DNA from: Chrysomallon squamiferum
Lineage: Eukaryota > Animalia > Mollusca
Length of the DNA: 64,000 bases
Direction of reading: 5' to 3'
Assembly (NCBI GenBank): GCA_012295275.1
Contig: CM022669.1
Location: forward strand, 15,314,001 to 15,378,000
This document shows, in pieces, positions 14,108-28,617 of the stretch. Under the pieces are notes generated by a model. That model did not search any database. It saw nothing but the letters and a program-made list of their open reading frames with translations, and was not told the origin of the DNA. The translations under genes were made by a program, and so were the position numbers. Numbering within the stretch: the first letter of the stretch is position 1; each line of letters begins with the position of its first letter.

Positions 14108-14494
14108 ATGTCGGGAGATGACAAACCAGGAGAAACACAGCCGAAATCAACTGCTGTCCCTGGGGGTAAAGAAAAAAAGACCAAGGAAATACATTTTGCA
14201 AGACCCGATAATAAGATATTAAGTTTTCATTTGTTCAGTTCAAACACTTACGCAACTCTTTTGCAAAAGGAAGAACAACGAGCAGAAAGACGCGAACGAA
14301 GACTCAGCAAACAACAGTCAGCACATTTGGTTGATGGTGAGCTTATTTTTGGAGATGATGATGAAGAAGATGAACATATTTTACCAGATCCCAATCTTCG
14401 TGAAGGAAATCTTCTTTTGGAAAATTATGGTATATTTCCAAGTTCTTATTTTGGGAAACCCATTGAAGAAATTGATAATGGAATTAAAGATAAG
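14108..14494 (+). CDS. Nav2 coding exon 1 (cytoplasmic N-terminus)
   Basis: MSGDDKPG...[11 protein letters not shown]...[14 protein letters not shown] matches the Nav N-terminal P..L..G..L...P.E..D pattern; donor AAG|gtgagt. Confidence 0.9.
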
Positions 14495-17268
14495 GTGAGT
14501 GAAGTGTTTACTTATACATTATTATAATAATTATTATCAATTCAAAATGATTATATCAGATATGATGTCCAGCTGGAACATTAATGTTAGTAATATCATT
14601 TAACATAAAGTATTATGGGTTATATAAACTTAAAGTATCTGGAAACATGGGTATGTTTTAAAGTACCATCTTGCAAATTATTTGAGTTAGAGAAATGAGG
14701 GTTGACAAAGTTTTGAAGATGAAATATGCATTCTAAATATTTATATCAATCCAATATTAAGCCCCCCCCACCCCAAAAAAGTAATTTCTAATTTTTTTTA
14801 TTTTTTTTTATACCTGATAACTAGCCAAAAAAGTTTAAATTTAGTACATGAAACTGGATTACGTTACTGAATTTTTTTAATATGATCATACATTTTAAAA
14901 GAACACATTATGACATTACGTTAGTACTGGTTTGTCATTAATTTTGTTCCATGAAATGGTTGAAATATTGATTTTTCATTTGTATATTAAACAGCATATA
15001 TCAGCACCTTAATAATATGCTGTTAATTGATTTCCTTAAACTGACTAGCTTAAATTAAGCAGATATCATTTAATAATAATTAGTCCTGAAGAAAATCAAG
15101 ATACTAACTCCAAGACTGTTGTTAGGAGATTACTTCTGTAACTTCTAAATATTTATTTACATTTTTTTTTATATATCTGTATATTTAATCTAACCATTGT
15201 ACATTAACAAATGTATTAATCATTTACATAACAGTGTAATTCCATGTATTTTAAACATTAATAAGCTGTAACAAATAACTTTTTTAGTCAAATCTGTATA
15301 AATCTTTTGCATAAATAGAAAATAATTGAAACTCACGTTTAAGAATAACATTTGAGACAAGTATATTTTATTGTGAGTATTTTGTTTTGATGAATTATTA
15401 TTTCATTGTAGAATGTTATTTGTTAATAATTTAATAAAAAACCAAAATAAATTTGGTGTAAAAACTGTTACATAAATTACAGTTGTTAATGGCTTGTAGC
15501 TATTAGGATGGCTTGTTAAACAGCCTTTCAGAGGAAATAACATCTTAGAAAATAATGTTATTATTAAATAGAGCTTAATAATAATAGTGTTTTAAAACTG
15601 GACAAATTTCTATATATTTTTTAGACATATAAAAAATTGATAACAGCAAACCTCTATCATAATATTACTTTTTCATCAACCTTGATTAAATGGTTTTAAG
15701 CCAGGAATTCCTAAATGCTATAAGCCTATTGATTGTTGTTAGCAAGACGAAACAGAATAGAATGTATTACTAATGAGGATTTTCTTTAGCCATATTAAGT
15801 GGATAATCAAATCAATATCTTAGCCACTTGTGGGTAGCAGAATACCTGTTTGCAAACTTTTGACTGCAATTGTTGACCTATCCATCTAAATCACTCCCGA
15901 ATAAAAATTAATCTTTAAGTAACATTTCTTGTAAAAGTTAGATTAAAAGGTACAAAAAGGAATTTCTGTGTCCCTCATTCAGTGTGAGAAATAAAAGTCC
16001 AGTAAACAAAATCATCAAAAGATTTATTTTGTTCACTAAAAACATCCATGACTATATTCTTACGCTAAATTTCACATTTGTCACTGCAGTGTTATACTTT
16101 TGAAATTATATCTTTTGTTGTTTATGAAACTATTTAGTTTTTAATTTTAATTTTTAATTTTTATGGTTTAGATCATATATTCATTCATATACAAAACATA
16201 TTTAGGTGGTTTCTTAACTTTTGTTCCTTCTCAGACACTAAGATACAACTAATATATTATTTATTGTTGTAAGACTGTAGAAATAAAAACTGTAAGGAAT
16301 GGATACTGACAGGAGATGAACTCAGCAGTAGGCTGTTTAGTTGGAAATGAAGATGGCTTAGAAACACATAACAATTAAAAACAAAGGAAATTACACACCT
16401 GGGGTGGGAGGATCAAACTGAAATAGATATAATTGTAGGAATTTGTTCCTGCAAAACTACAATGGCTCTTAAATTTCTTGATGATTTGCATTTATTATAT
16501 AGATTTTTTTTTATTAACACTAAAGGGTATACATACAGCTTTTTGAATATTTAAAATCTTATCATTTAGTTGTTGTCTTAGTAAAAAAATTAAGAAAAAT
16601 TAAAATAATCCCCAAATACATACTTTCAAAAGTATTTTAGACATAGAAATTACAATTGTACTAGTTGGTTTAGTTAATTTGCAATAGTTTATGAATAATT
16701 ATAAAATTATATATAAAACAGAGAGGATTTGCCATGGGGAGTGGATTATGAAAATAAGAGATAAAATTTTATATTCAGAGTAAAAAAAAAATTAAATAAC
16801 AATAATAATAATAATAATAATAATAATAGCAATAAATTAAGAAAAAAAAAAATAATATAAGTTTTATTAAAAGTAATATCTATACATGAATGTTAAGAGT
16901 GATTCTTTGAATATAAAAAAACTATTTTTTATTAATACTGGGCAGTATATATCGAGTTTCTTGATTTCCTTTGTTAAATATAATGAAATAAATTTGCACA
17001 TGAAAAATGAAACAAATGCAGTCAAAATGGCCATTTCAGTTATTGGCAGCAGTTAATGATTGACAGAATGACATGGTGTAACAGCATTGATGTTACCTGG
17101 TTGAAAGTTTGTAATACAACCTTCAGCAAGACACTATTTATAAGCAGATATTAATATGTTAAAACCTTTGTGATAGAAAAGAAACAAATTAAAATAATAA
17201 TAAAAAAAAAAAAAAATGTAAGAAGAATATAATAAGATAATATTTTTTATTTTTCTATAATTTGAACA

Positions 17269-17311
<43 letters not shown>

Positions 17312-17317
17312 GTAAAA

Positions 17318-17360
<43 letters not shown>

Positions 17361-18619
17361 GAAGAATAGTAACAACAATAACAATAATAATGATAATAAT
17401 AATAGAAAGAAACAATTTACATAACCAAGATCCTGCTGCTGTTACATTCACCTGTTGTGAAATTATCATTGTTACGTGTTTCATGTTTATTCTTCCAGTT
17501 TCATACTCATGTATAAAGTTCTTTTTCCCTCCTCCACCCATATGGAGTAGTCACTACATGCAATAGCACAGTCGAATAAAAGAAAGCTATTCTGTTTTAA
17601 TTTCAGATTCACAATAAGCTAATACTAATATTACTCTATTGTTAACTGATTTTATTCTGTTTCTTTTCTTCCCCTCAGACTACAGCTTCAATATTATAAA
17701 ATGTTTTAATAAAAGAGATATGATTATTTTATTGAGGTTTTAAATTAAAATGAAATTATCATCTTCTTTTATAGATAGATAACTACAATAAATTATTTGT
17801 GCTTTAATATATTGTTAAAAAATAAATGGCGGTTTGCCAAGATACTCTTAACATTGGTTCTGTATCAAAAAATTCAAATTTATTCCATATAGTGTATAAG
17901 ATCAGTTTATTTTTAACATTATTATTATTATTATTATTTGGACATGTTTATTTATTTATTTATTTTTGATCATTTATTGTAAACTTTCTAATTAATATAC
18001 ACAAAACTGGAAAAAAGTTAATTATTTAAAAAAAAGAAAATAACGATATTCTAAAAAAAAATAATATTACTTATTTATTTATATATCTTTTTGAAATAAA
18101 TTGTTCTCTGATACATCTTGTGTACAGAGTAATAATTAAATCAACAATACATTTCTTTTCCTATGTGAAAACAGCCAACAAAAAGTGTATGTACCCAGTA
18201 ATACTGAATAAATGTATACATAATCTCATGATTTTTTACTGACAGCTTTTAATGAAAGAAATGTTTATATGGTGTATATTATTTAAACAAAATATAAAAA
18301 CAATATATGTAAAAAATAATGTAATTAAATAACTGCAAAGAAAAGAAGTGGAAGCTTGTTTCTGAATGTTGAAAAAAGTTTTGTGCTGTTAGTTAATAGT
18401 TATATTGATAGATACATTAATTCAGGAAAATCATTAGAAAGAACTTTTTTTTTTTTACCAGTTTACAAATCTAACAATGTCATTAGGTAATACAGCTTTC
18501 ACAAATTCAGTTTGATACACTGAACTTTATAACAATACCTTGACTTAGGACTGAATACAAATACACATTACAGTTAATATGATCATGAAAAAAAGCTTCT
18601 TAAAATTAAACATACACAC

Positions 18620-18700
<81 letters not shown>

Positions 18701-20269
18701 TAATAATAAATAATAATAATAATAATAGCAATAGTAAATATAATAATAATAGCAACAATAATAACAATTATAATAACAATAATAACTAATAACAACAATG
18801 ACAACAATAATAAAAATTATAGTAGTAGTAGTAGTAGTAGTACTAGTAGTAGTATTTTTATTGATATAATTATATTAAGAGCAGGCTTTGAAAGAGTTCA
18901 GGTAAGAAAAAAAAATATATATATCCCTGGGTCTATTAAACATTTCAGTTCCCATGCACTGTAACAGGTTGGCATGACTAATGTATACCCACTTGTTCAG
19001 GTTACTGAAGTGAGGTGGGATTTTTAATAAAAGTTTTTTTTTTTTTTATCAGTGTAGTGAGTTTAAATAAATACTCATACTTCCAATAGCAGACATTTTT
19101 TATCTCAGTAACAATTAGAATTTTCTAAATCGAAGAAAGTGTTGTAAAAGCCACAGGTAGGAGAAAGTAATTACAAATAGTTCCCAGCAAAAAAGCTTCC
19201 GAGACCATGCATTTCTGTTTGGACTCTTTCTTTATGAAAGACACAATTGTTCAAATGTGTTATGGTTCTGTCTGCATGTATACACACTGTGTGTGAATAT
19301 ATACGTTTTTGTATGTGGAAAGAAATATAATGCTTTAAAATAAGGAGACAGTCAGTTCTCCCTATTCAATATATAGTTATAAAATACAGTATTATAAATC
19401 ATTATAATTCTGAAAGTTATAACTAGTTTTCAGAGCTTTTTTAGAAAACATAATGTAGTACAGACATGCTTAGGAAAGAGTATTATGAAATTTTTTTTTT
19501 TTAATGTTTTTTTTTATGTCTGTGTGGGTGTGTGCGTGTGTGTTTTATATCAGCTATAATATAGAAATCTTTCTAGACTACATACACATTTCCACGGCCC
19601 AAGTAGTATTTAAGGCATTTAAAAATGTGTCAGTAAATAAAAGTATTATTGTTACATTTTGTTTGTAATATGATATTCCCCATTTTTTGAATATATAAAT
19701 AATAATTATAATTAAAAAAAAAAAACCTGGATCATGTCGAAAAGAATTTGTTACATCAGTTTGAGACTTTAATTATTAACTATCCTAGATATCATTGATT
19801 TTATGTTCTTTCATAGAGATTTTTTTTATCATTGTTGCATTTGCTGTTACACAAATGTTTTCATGGATTTTGATTTATCAACACTGTGTTTATGTTATAT
19901 AAATAAAATCTACTTAGTATCTGTTATGACGCTATCATGATTCATGAAGCATGGACAAAACAGTTCTTAAGATATTGATCTGTAAACTAATATAGCTGTA
20001 CTCTGCGATCTCTCATTTAATTTGACTAACATATTTAGTTTTAGGTCAGACAGAACAAAACAAAACAAAATCTTTTTTGTGTTGTTATTTCTTTCCTCTA
20101 TAAATTGTCAACATACAATAAGAAGGAAAAAAAAGAAAGAAGAAATTAAAAAAAATAAAATATATAAGTGAAGAGGGTGAAAAAGAAAAATGGATAAAAG
20201 CCACTTTATATAATTATTCCTGTGTGCTTTGCATATAAACAGAGCCTTACATAGAACAAATTCATATGA

Positions 20270-20303
<34 letters not shown>

Positions 20304-22748
20304 ATATTTATTTTATTCTTATTTTGTAGAAGTGCAGAAAATGTTGAATGTATTTGTTTTAGCATTCTGCTGTGTCATAAAAAATAAAAAAATAAAAGTT
20401 TGCAAACATGTTTAGAACAATTTATTCCTCCTCAAATTCCCCCCCAAAACAACAACAAACCGATCAATAGCAAAAAGAAATGCACTTCAAAGTTAATGGA
20501 AAATGTAGGGAATTGAAATATACTCAAAAAAAGTGCAGATATTAGGTATATGCAATTAATACAATGATAAATAGGCACCTACTTAGCCTTTAGTAGCATG
20601 GTGCAGAATTGATTCTTTTTTTTTTTTCTTTTTTTTTATTTGTTTGAGAACTATTCATTATTTTATTAGTATTTTGATGTTTAAAGACCATTCCAGATGG
20701 GCTTTAGTAATAATCTTTCAGACAGATACAAAACTTTATCTTCATTCTTTGTAAATATTAAAGTTACACATTTTCATTTTGCTATGCTGTTCATATATAT
20801 TTATCCATAAGAATAGACGCTTTCTGAACTGTAAGTCTCATAATTAGATTGAATATCCTTCTTTAATAACATATTTCTTTTGCTACACATTGTAAAATTT
20901 TATTTATTTGATGTTCTAATTTAATATTCTTTTTTTATAATATTTTCAGACGTTTGTTGTCATTTCCAAACGTATGGGCAAAAGATACATCAACCGCTTC
21001 TCAGCAACAAAGTCTTTCTTCATTTTTCCACCCTGGAACTCTATTCGAAAAGCAGCTGTCTTCATTGCAACAAATCAGTTCTTTGATTATTTTATTATTC
21101 TCACCATCTTAACCAACTGTGTTTTTCTAGCCATGCCAAACATGTCATTTGCAGATAAATCAGAGTAAGTATTAGTACACTAATTTACACAATAATCATT
21201 TCATTCTTACTGTCATTTTTATTTTATCTATATCTGTATATATATATATATATATTTTTTTTTTTGGTATTGCTTTGTTTTTGTTATGTTAATATTATTA
21301 ATTATGCTTCAGTGGTAGCATCATGGTAATGAAAATATTTTATTTTGGAATATATTTCAAATATTTATTATTTAGCATGAAATGTTGAACAATATTATTC
21401 AAAATTATTTGCCTTTACTGTCGTAGAATTTTATTTTCTCAGTGCTTTGAAAAGATCTTTGTGTATAGAGAGGAAATAAAAAATAGCATAAATGAATTCT
21501 ACATCCCCCTCCACTTACCCCAAATTTTAATTGATTTGTGTAATCTGATGCTTTTGAAATAAGCTCACATTTCTATTTTAATTTTGACAAATATAATTCT
21601 GTACTGGGTACCAGTGAGGACAAAGGAATAAGAATACAGGTGGTTTCTGCACGTAGGTTTACAACAAACTGTATATATCAGTTTTCTTCTTGGTGTTATT
21701 TGTATTAATGCAAAGAAAATTCTGTCAGCTTCTTGTCATTTTCCCATTCAACTAATATTCTATAAGCTTACTACACATACAAATGCACATATAAACATAC
21801 ACACATATGAAGTTGCTAAGAACCATACATAAGGGTAGAATGCATATTAATAAAATAAAATAGAGTAGAGTAGAGTAGAGTAGAGTAGAGTAGAGTAGAG
21901 TAGAGTAGAGTAGAGTAGAGTAGAGTAGAGTAGAGTATAGTATAGTATAGTATAGTATAGTATAGTATAGTATAGTATAGTATAGAGTATAGTATAGTAG
22001 AGTATAGTAGAGTAAAGTAAAGAAAAGTGAAATAAAATAAAATAAATAATATAAATAAATACATAAGCAAGTAAGTAAGAAAGAAGTAAATAAATAAATT
22101 AGAAAATAAATAAATAAATAAGAGTGAAAAAAAGACTTTTTCTTAACAACTGTGATTCAGCAGTGAATTATGGATTTTTGTTTTTTTATAATATCTAATT
22201 CGCTAATAACAATTAACATGCTTATCTGGATCATTAAAGTGCAAACACATCCAATGTATTATCACTGTTCAAGATAGAAAGCTATCCATAATTCTAATAT
22301 TCTTTCTCACTGAGAGTTCATGACTCTAACCCATACTGCTGGATTCTAGTCATTGCTGTTAGATTATTTTATAAAATGTTACCGAAACATTAATGGGTAT
22401 TTTCATAAACTTATTTCTCTATTATCAGACTATCAGTGAAATAAATTATTCTTTCTGTACAATCAGAAAGAATATCTAACATCAGTAACACTAAACACCA
22501 TCTCTTATTATGCCACTGAATGATTTCTTCAGATTAATTCTAGCAATTTACTAATTTCTAAATCTCATTACCTTTAATATTTCAATATATACACTTTATT
22601 ACTGATTTCTTATTTATATTTTTAAATTTACAAATAAAATAAATGAATAAATATATAAGTAAAGCAGTTGCAGCAGTGAGGAAAAAATTAAAAACAAATT
22701 TAAAGCATTAATTACAATAACTATAACAATTACAATAATAATAATTAC

Positions 22749-22795
<47 letters not shown>

Positions 22796-23561
22796 CAGTA
22801 TTAATAATAAAGTAAAAGCTAAAAGGACATAATGAATGAAAGAAAAAATATTAGAAAAATTAACTGAGATATTTAATATCAAACATTTACTTGGACATGA
22901 GTGAAGAAAAATATTACTATTTATAAGTGTGTCAAAAACAGTGCCAGCAAACACTCTAGATAATAGCTAATTGTGTGATTTTGTTTGATGGTCTAAGGCA
23001 TTCAAGCAAGAATAATAGCAATAATTTGAAGATAAACATTGGTTAACCCTTCTTGTATGGTGTTGCATAACTGCCTGCAGTATGCAGAAATATATATTCA
23101 AAAATAGGAAGAAAGAAACCACTGAGAAATATTCTCTGTTTTGATAACAAGAACTATATTATTTTAAAATCACTTAACATAACCGTGTGCATATATATAT
23201 ATATATATGCACACGGTTATGTTAAGTGATTTTAAAATAATATATATGTATATATGTATATATAACTCTCTATCTATGTACATATAAATAACTGTTTAAA
23301 GTATCAGCTTAGAATGTCTGCTTGCAACAAGGCTCTGCTGAGATGCAATTACCATTTGATCTGAGCAGGTTAAAACTGATTTCTTATCCTGCAATCTTAA
23401 ATTAAAAAGATTAAATGTTATTAAATGTTTTATTTCTGAGTTCACCACTACTGAGAGAGTAGTAGATTCACAAATACTGATTTATATTTTGCGTAATTTT
23501 TTTTTATACATCAAAACAAAACATTTCTTAAATAATAACAATCTGTAATTATGCTCAATAC

Positions 23562-23599
<38 letters not shown>

Positions 23600-26500
23600 C
23601 CTTCTTTTATGTGTGTGTTTTCCCTTCTTTTAGTTCACAGGCTTTAAAACATATACTGTCCTTTACTGACCAACGACCTTTAAAATCAAGCATGATATGT
23701 TTCACATATTTAAAATATCTACTTTGTTGTAACCGGATCAAATGCTTCATATATAATACAATGCATTTTAGATGACCATAATGCATTCAGGATTTACAGG
23801 TCACAGTTCCCTGAGTTCCTTCTATTGTTGGCTTAATAAAATGAATGTAATTCCTTTATCACAGCTAAATGAAGGCTTTCTGTTCCAAATAGGCTGTTGT
23901 TTCATTATTGTAGTGGGCTCCGACCACTATTACATAACTGTATGTTAGTTTGCCAGACAAGTGCTTTATAAGTATGTTAACATTCAGTGAAGAAATATCA
24001 GCTGGATTTAAGAAACAACCTCAGCTATTTTTTTCTTATTATTTATTACATATTTTAAAAAATATATATTTAATGGAATTCTTAAGCTTATTTTACATCA
24101 TTAACAATAATGTGATTTAAATATATGTTAAAAGTGCATCTATATATTGTAATTCAATATTACGTTTAATACTATTAATAGTATCTGTGTTTGTCATTAT
24201 TTATAATATTTATTTATTTATTTAGTTAGTTAGTTTTAAAAGGTATTAATCATATTATTTATAATAATCATATACATACACATAAAAAGAAATGAAACAA
24301 GTCACTGAGAATTCTATATGTGATTATCAACACCTTTATGACAAGATAATCTACATAAGAAACATTCTTATATTTCATTTGTAAGAAGAGAATAGAATCA
24401 AATCAAACCAAATAAAAATCAAATCAAATCAAATCAAATGTAATATATAATATAATGTAATGTAATATAACATAAATGACATGACATGACATGACATAAC
24501 ATAACATAACATAACATAATATAGCATAACACAACATAACAATACAATAAAATAAACACACTAATAGATAGATAGATAAATAAATAAAAGAAGTAAAAAC
24601 AATACAAAACCCTGTTTTGTCTTATGTACAGAAACCAGTAAGAGAATGGGGTGTAAAACAAAAACACCCAAAAGATTGATATTTGGCCACAGTCAGAACC
24701 CCCTCCAAAAACCCCCAGCAAAAACAGAAACAAAAACAAATCACTTGAATCGTTTTACTCTTTGAGAGCTAATGATGTTAGGGAAGTAACCCATTATTTT
24801 ATAACTCTTTTAGAGTTGAATAATAAATGAATATATATATATATATATATTTTTTAATAAACTACATAATGGTTTCTTAGAGAGACTTGTTGTTATTAGT
24901 ATTCTTGTTATTTTAAACTATTTTTGATTTTTTTTTGGCAGATACGTCTTTCTTGCCATCTACACTCTGGAAATGTTTGTCAAACTAGTTGCTAGAGGTT
25001 TCTTTATTGATTCTTACACATACTTACGAGATCCTTGGAATTGGCTGGATTTTATTGTCATAGTTTCAGCGTAAGTAATTTTTGGTTTTATTTTGTTTAC
25101 TTTCTGCAGTTTCAGGAGGAATTCTATTTTCAAAGTGAAAATATTTGATTAAAATAATAATTACTATTACTATATTGTTAGTAATATTACTACATATCAT
25201 ATGTATATATATATATACGTACTTAATATTTGGTAATTTTCTCATTTTACATTTTTCATATTTGCTCTTGTTATTTTCTAATTTAAATAGAAAGGTTGAT
25301 AATCATATCTGACATAAAGTTTTATTCAAAACATGTTTTAAAATCCTTATAAGTTACATATTCAGCATTATATTCATGTATCATTTTTTTTTTAAATATT
25401 ATAGACACCTAATGTATATCTCTGATTAAACTGTTTTTATTTTTCAGCTTTCTTACATTAACAATACAGTTAGCAGACAAAAATTTAGACTTTGGCAATC
25501 TACAGGGTCTCCGAACTTTCAGGGTTCTTAGAGCATTAAGAACAGTGTCGATTATTCCAGGTATGACCACTGTATTCCATTTGTAAAAATTAATTGCCTG
25601 TTGTGCACTGAATTCTGGAAAAATCAGAAGTTCCTATTACAACCATGCTGAAATGGTCCTTTAAAACATTACAAAAACCATTCAAACATTTCAGCTACAG
25701 ATAAAAGATATATATGAATTGATGAACAATTAATTTCGAATTTTAAATTTCTTTACTTCAAATGGTGGATTAAGATAATAGAACCAAAACAAAGTAGTAA
25801 ATACAGAATTATCATAACCATTTTTATTGATTTTTCTTTTCTTTTTCAGTATCCTTTGACATTTACATTTAAACATTCTTGAATAATTCATTAGTTTTAA
25901 AAGCTTTTTTTTTAATTATTATTTTCTCTTGGCAATACAAGTTTTGTTCAAGAAAAATGTATTTCTCTAATGTCATTTTGAAAATATCATATAGTTATTT
26001 TGTGGTGAATTAAAAATTTCAGATGCTATATTCAGATTATTATAACTTCCATGAAGATCTTATATTTTAGATTATTCAAATTTATTAAAGTAATAATAAT
26101 TTATAAAAAAACCAAAAACAATATTTAATCTGTTTCTGAAGAAATCATATTACATGTATGGTTAACACCTTCATCCTGTGATCTCCATACATGCACACAG
26201 TACAGGAAAAAGTGATGTAAACAGAACTAATGACTTTATAAGATAGACTTTCAAACTGTGCACACAAATCCAATTGTTACAGTTGCTTGTTAGATGGAGT
26301 TCATCATATAATAAATAAGCAGATATGGTTATAATATTAACAGAAAATAAAATACACCCATAACAGAAAAAAAAAGCAGATCAATTTTGACCACACACAT
26401 ATTAAGAAAGTATCTGCTAATATATGTATAAAACATACAAACTGTATATTTTTTTCAGGTTTGAAGACTATTGTAGGAGCGCTACTTCGGGCTTTCAAAA

Positions 26501-28583
26501 TGTTGGTAGATGTGATTTTGTTGATTTTGTTCTGCCTTATGGTGTTTGCATTGTTTGCACTTCAAGTGTACAATGGTGTTCTAAGACAAAAGTGTGTGTT
26601 AAATATTGAAAACTTTACGCCAAGTTTATCAATGAGTTATGATGCTTACTACAACGAGCACATCAGAAATTCAAGTAAGTTGTTTAAACTTTTTTCTGCA
26701 GTAGTATGAAATTATGTTTTTGGCCATACATTCTGAAACAAAATACAGTGTGTGTCATGTTTGAATTGAAGAGTACCACAAATAATGTACTTAAAGTGGT
26801 GGTACAAGTGAATAGACCAAAAATAATAAATATATTCCTTGCCCTTCCACTTCCATGTTATTAATGTATTGTTTTAGTTGAATTACCATTGTTAATAACA
26901 AACAGTGACAATGAATTATATATATATATATATGGTGAACAGATAGCTGTATTTTTTGCTTTAAAGCAATTCAATATTGTGACTAGGCTTATAGGAAAAT
27001 GGTGGTGGCTAGATATTTATTAACTATTCTGTTTTGTTGTAATAAAGATTAGATGTCACAAAATGAGTAAAAAATAATTTGAAATTATTCTAACAGATCT
27101 CTGTGAGTCAATATTTTTCTGTGTTATTTTTGTGTGTGTTTGTTTGTGTGTGTATATCTTTATTTAATTATTATCTGTCTCTCTGTCTCATTAAATAATA
27201 CTTCTTTTTATTTTATTATGAATTTTTATTTTATTTTATTTCCTTTTCATTCATTCCAATTTATTTTTTTTTTTTTTTGTTAATGTATGTTGGTAATGGA
27301 ATTTGAAAACTGATTTTGTTCTGTTTCTTTGTTAAGGTAACTGGTACCTTGACAGAGACGGTAATTACATGCTGTGTGGGAACATCTCTGGATCTGGGTA
27401 TGTTTTGATTTTGTTTTATATAATTATATATAACAGCTCAAAGAAAGTACATTTAAAGTTCTGCATAAGTCTTGACATTTGAAGATCAGCTGTTCAAAGT
27501 TACATAAATTTTATTAGGTAATTCAAGAATATAAAGACAGCAAGACATATTTATAAACATTAAAAAGTATAACGCAAACTCAAATTCAGATTAACATTAT
27601 TCATGACTCAATGTAAAGCAAGTAACACAATTGAATCACATTCCTTTCACTGACAATACCTCCCAACTTAATATTATCTATTTTACACACATTCCAACAG
27701 CTTGTAAATATTTTTGGAACATTAGCATAGGTGCTATCAGAACAATTTATAACTTGAAGAAAAATAATAAATTATATAGAAAAAATGAGTTGAAAGAAAA
27801 GAAAAAACAAAATGCACAAAAAACACCAAGTGAGATGACCCAGTTATAATGCAGTTTTGATACAACATTAGAAAACCAATATGAACAAGAGCAGTATATT
27901 TTGTATGTGTCTGTACATGCAATCATTTTTTTTTAAAAGTCCTTATTCAATCCATGAATTGTAGCTCCTGTGACAGTACCTGTCATTCTGATCAACAGAA
28001 GCATTAAATGGGAAATTAGGCCTGAAACAATTGAAAAATAAAGCAAAACATGAATTATTTTCTTCTTTCTAGTGTTTACTTGATTAGTCTAAATAATTGT
28101 AACAAAAAATAAATTATGAATTTCTTAAAGCTGTATCATAGTAGTAGGTAAAAATAACTAATTACTCAACTCCATTATTTGATCAGAATAATCTGTAGAA
28201 TTAATTTATTTATTTCAGCTCTTGTCCAGAAAATTATACCTGTCTTCCAAATATAGATGACAATCCAAATTTTGGTTATACCAGTTTTGACCATTTTGGA
28301 TGGGCTATGCTCAATTCCTTTCAGTTACTGACATTGGACTTCTGGGAAGATACATATGATAAAGTAAGTCTTTGTCTTATTATTGAATATTTCAAATTTG
28401 TTTATAAAAAAAAAAAAAAATTATAATAAACACTGTAGAATTCTCTTTGACATCAAGCTTTAAATCTGTGTTAAAAGCACCAAGAAAAACATTTTGAAAA
28501 TAAATATCAAAATTAAATTATTTTGTAAGTGATGTTTATGAAAAGAAATAAAGGAAATCACTGAAATTGATATGAAATCTTAA

Positions 28584-28617
<34 letters not shown>

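Noticed and set aside
17134-18807. Poly-Ile and poly-Tyr ORFs (also 9422-9610, 51708-51917, and the HT/CV/ER/SL repeat ORFs)
   Set aside because: They are translations of (TAA)n, (CA)n and (GA)n microsatellites, with no splice or homology support.
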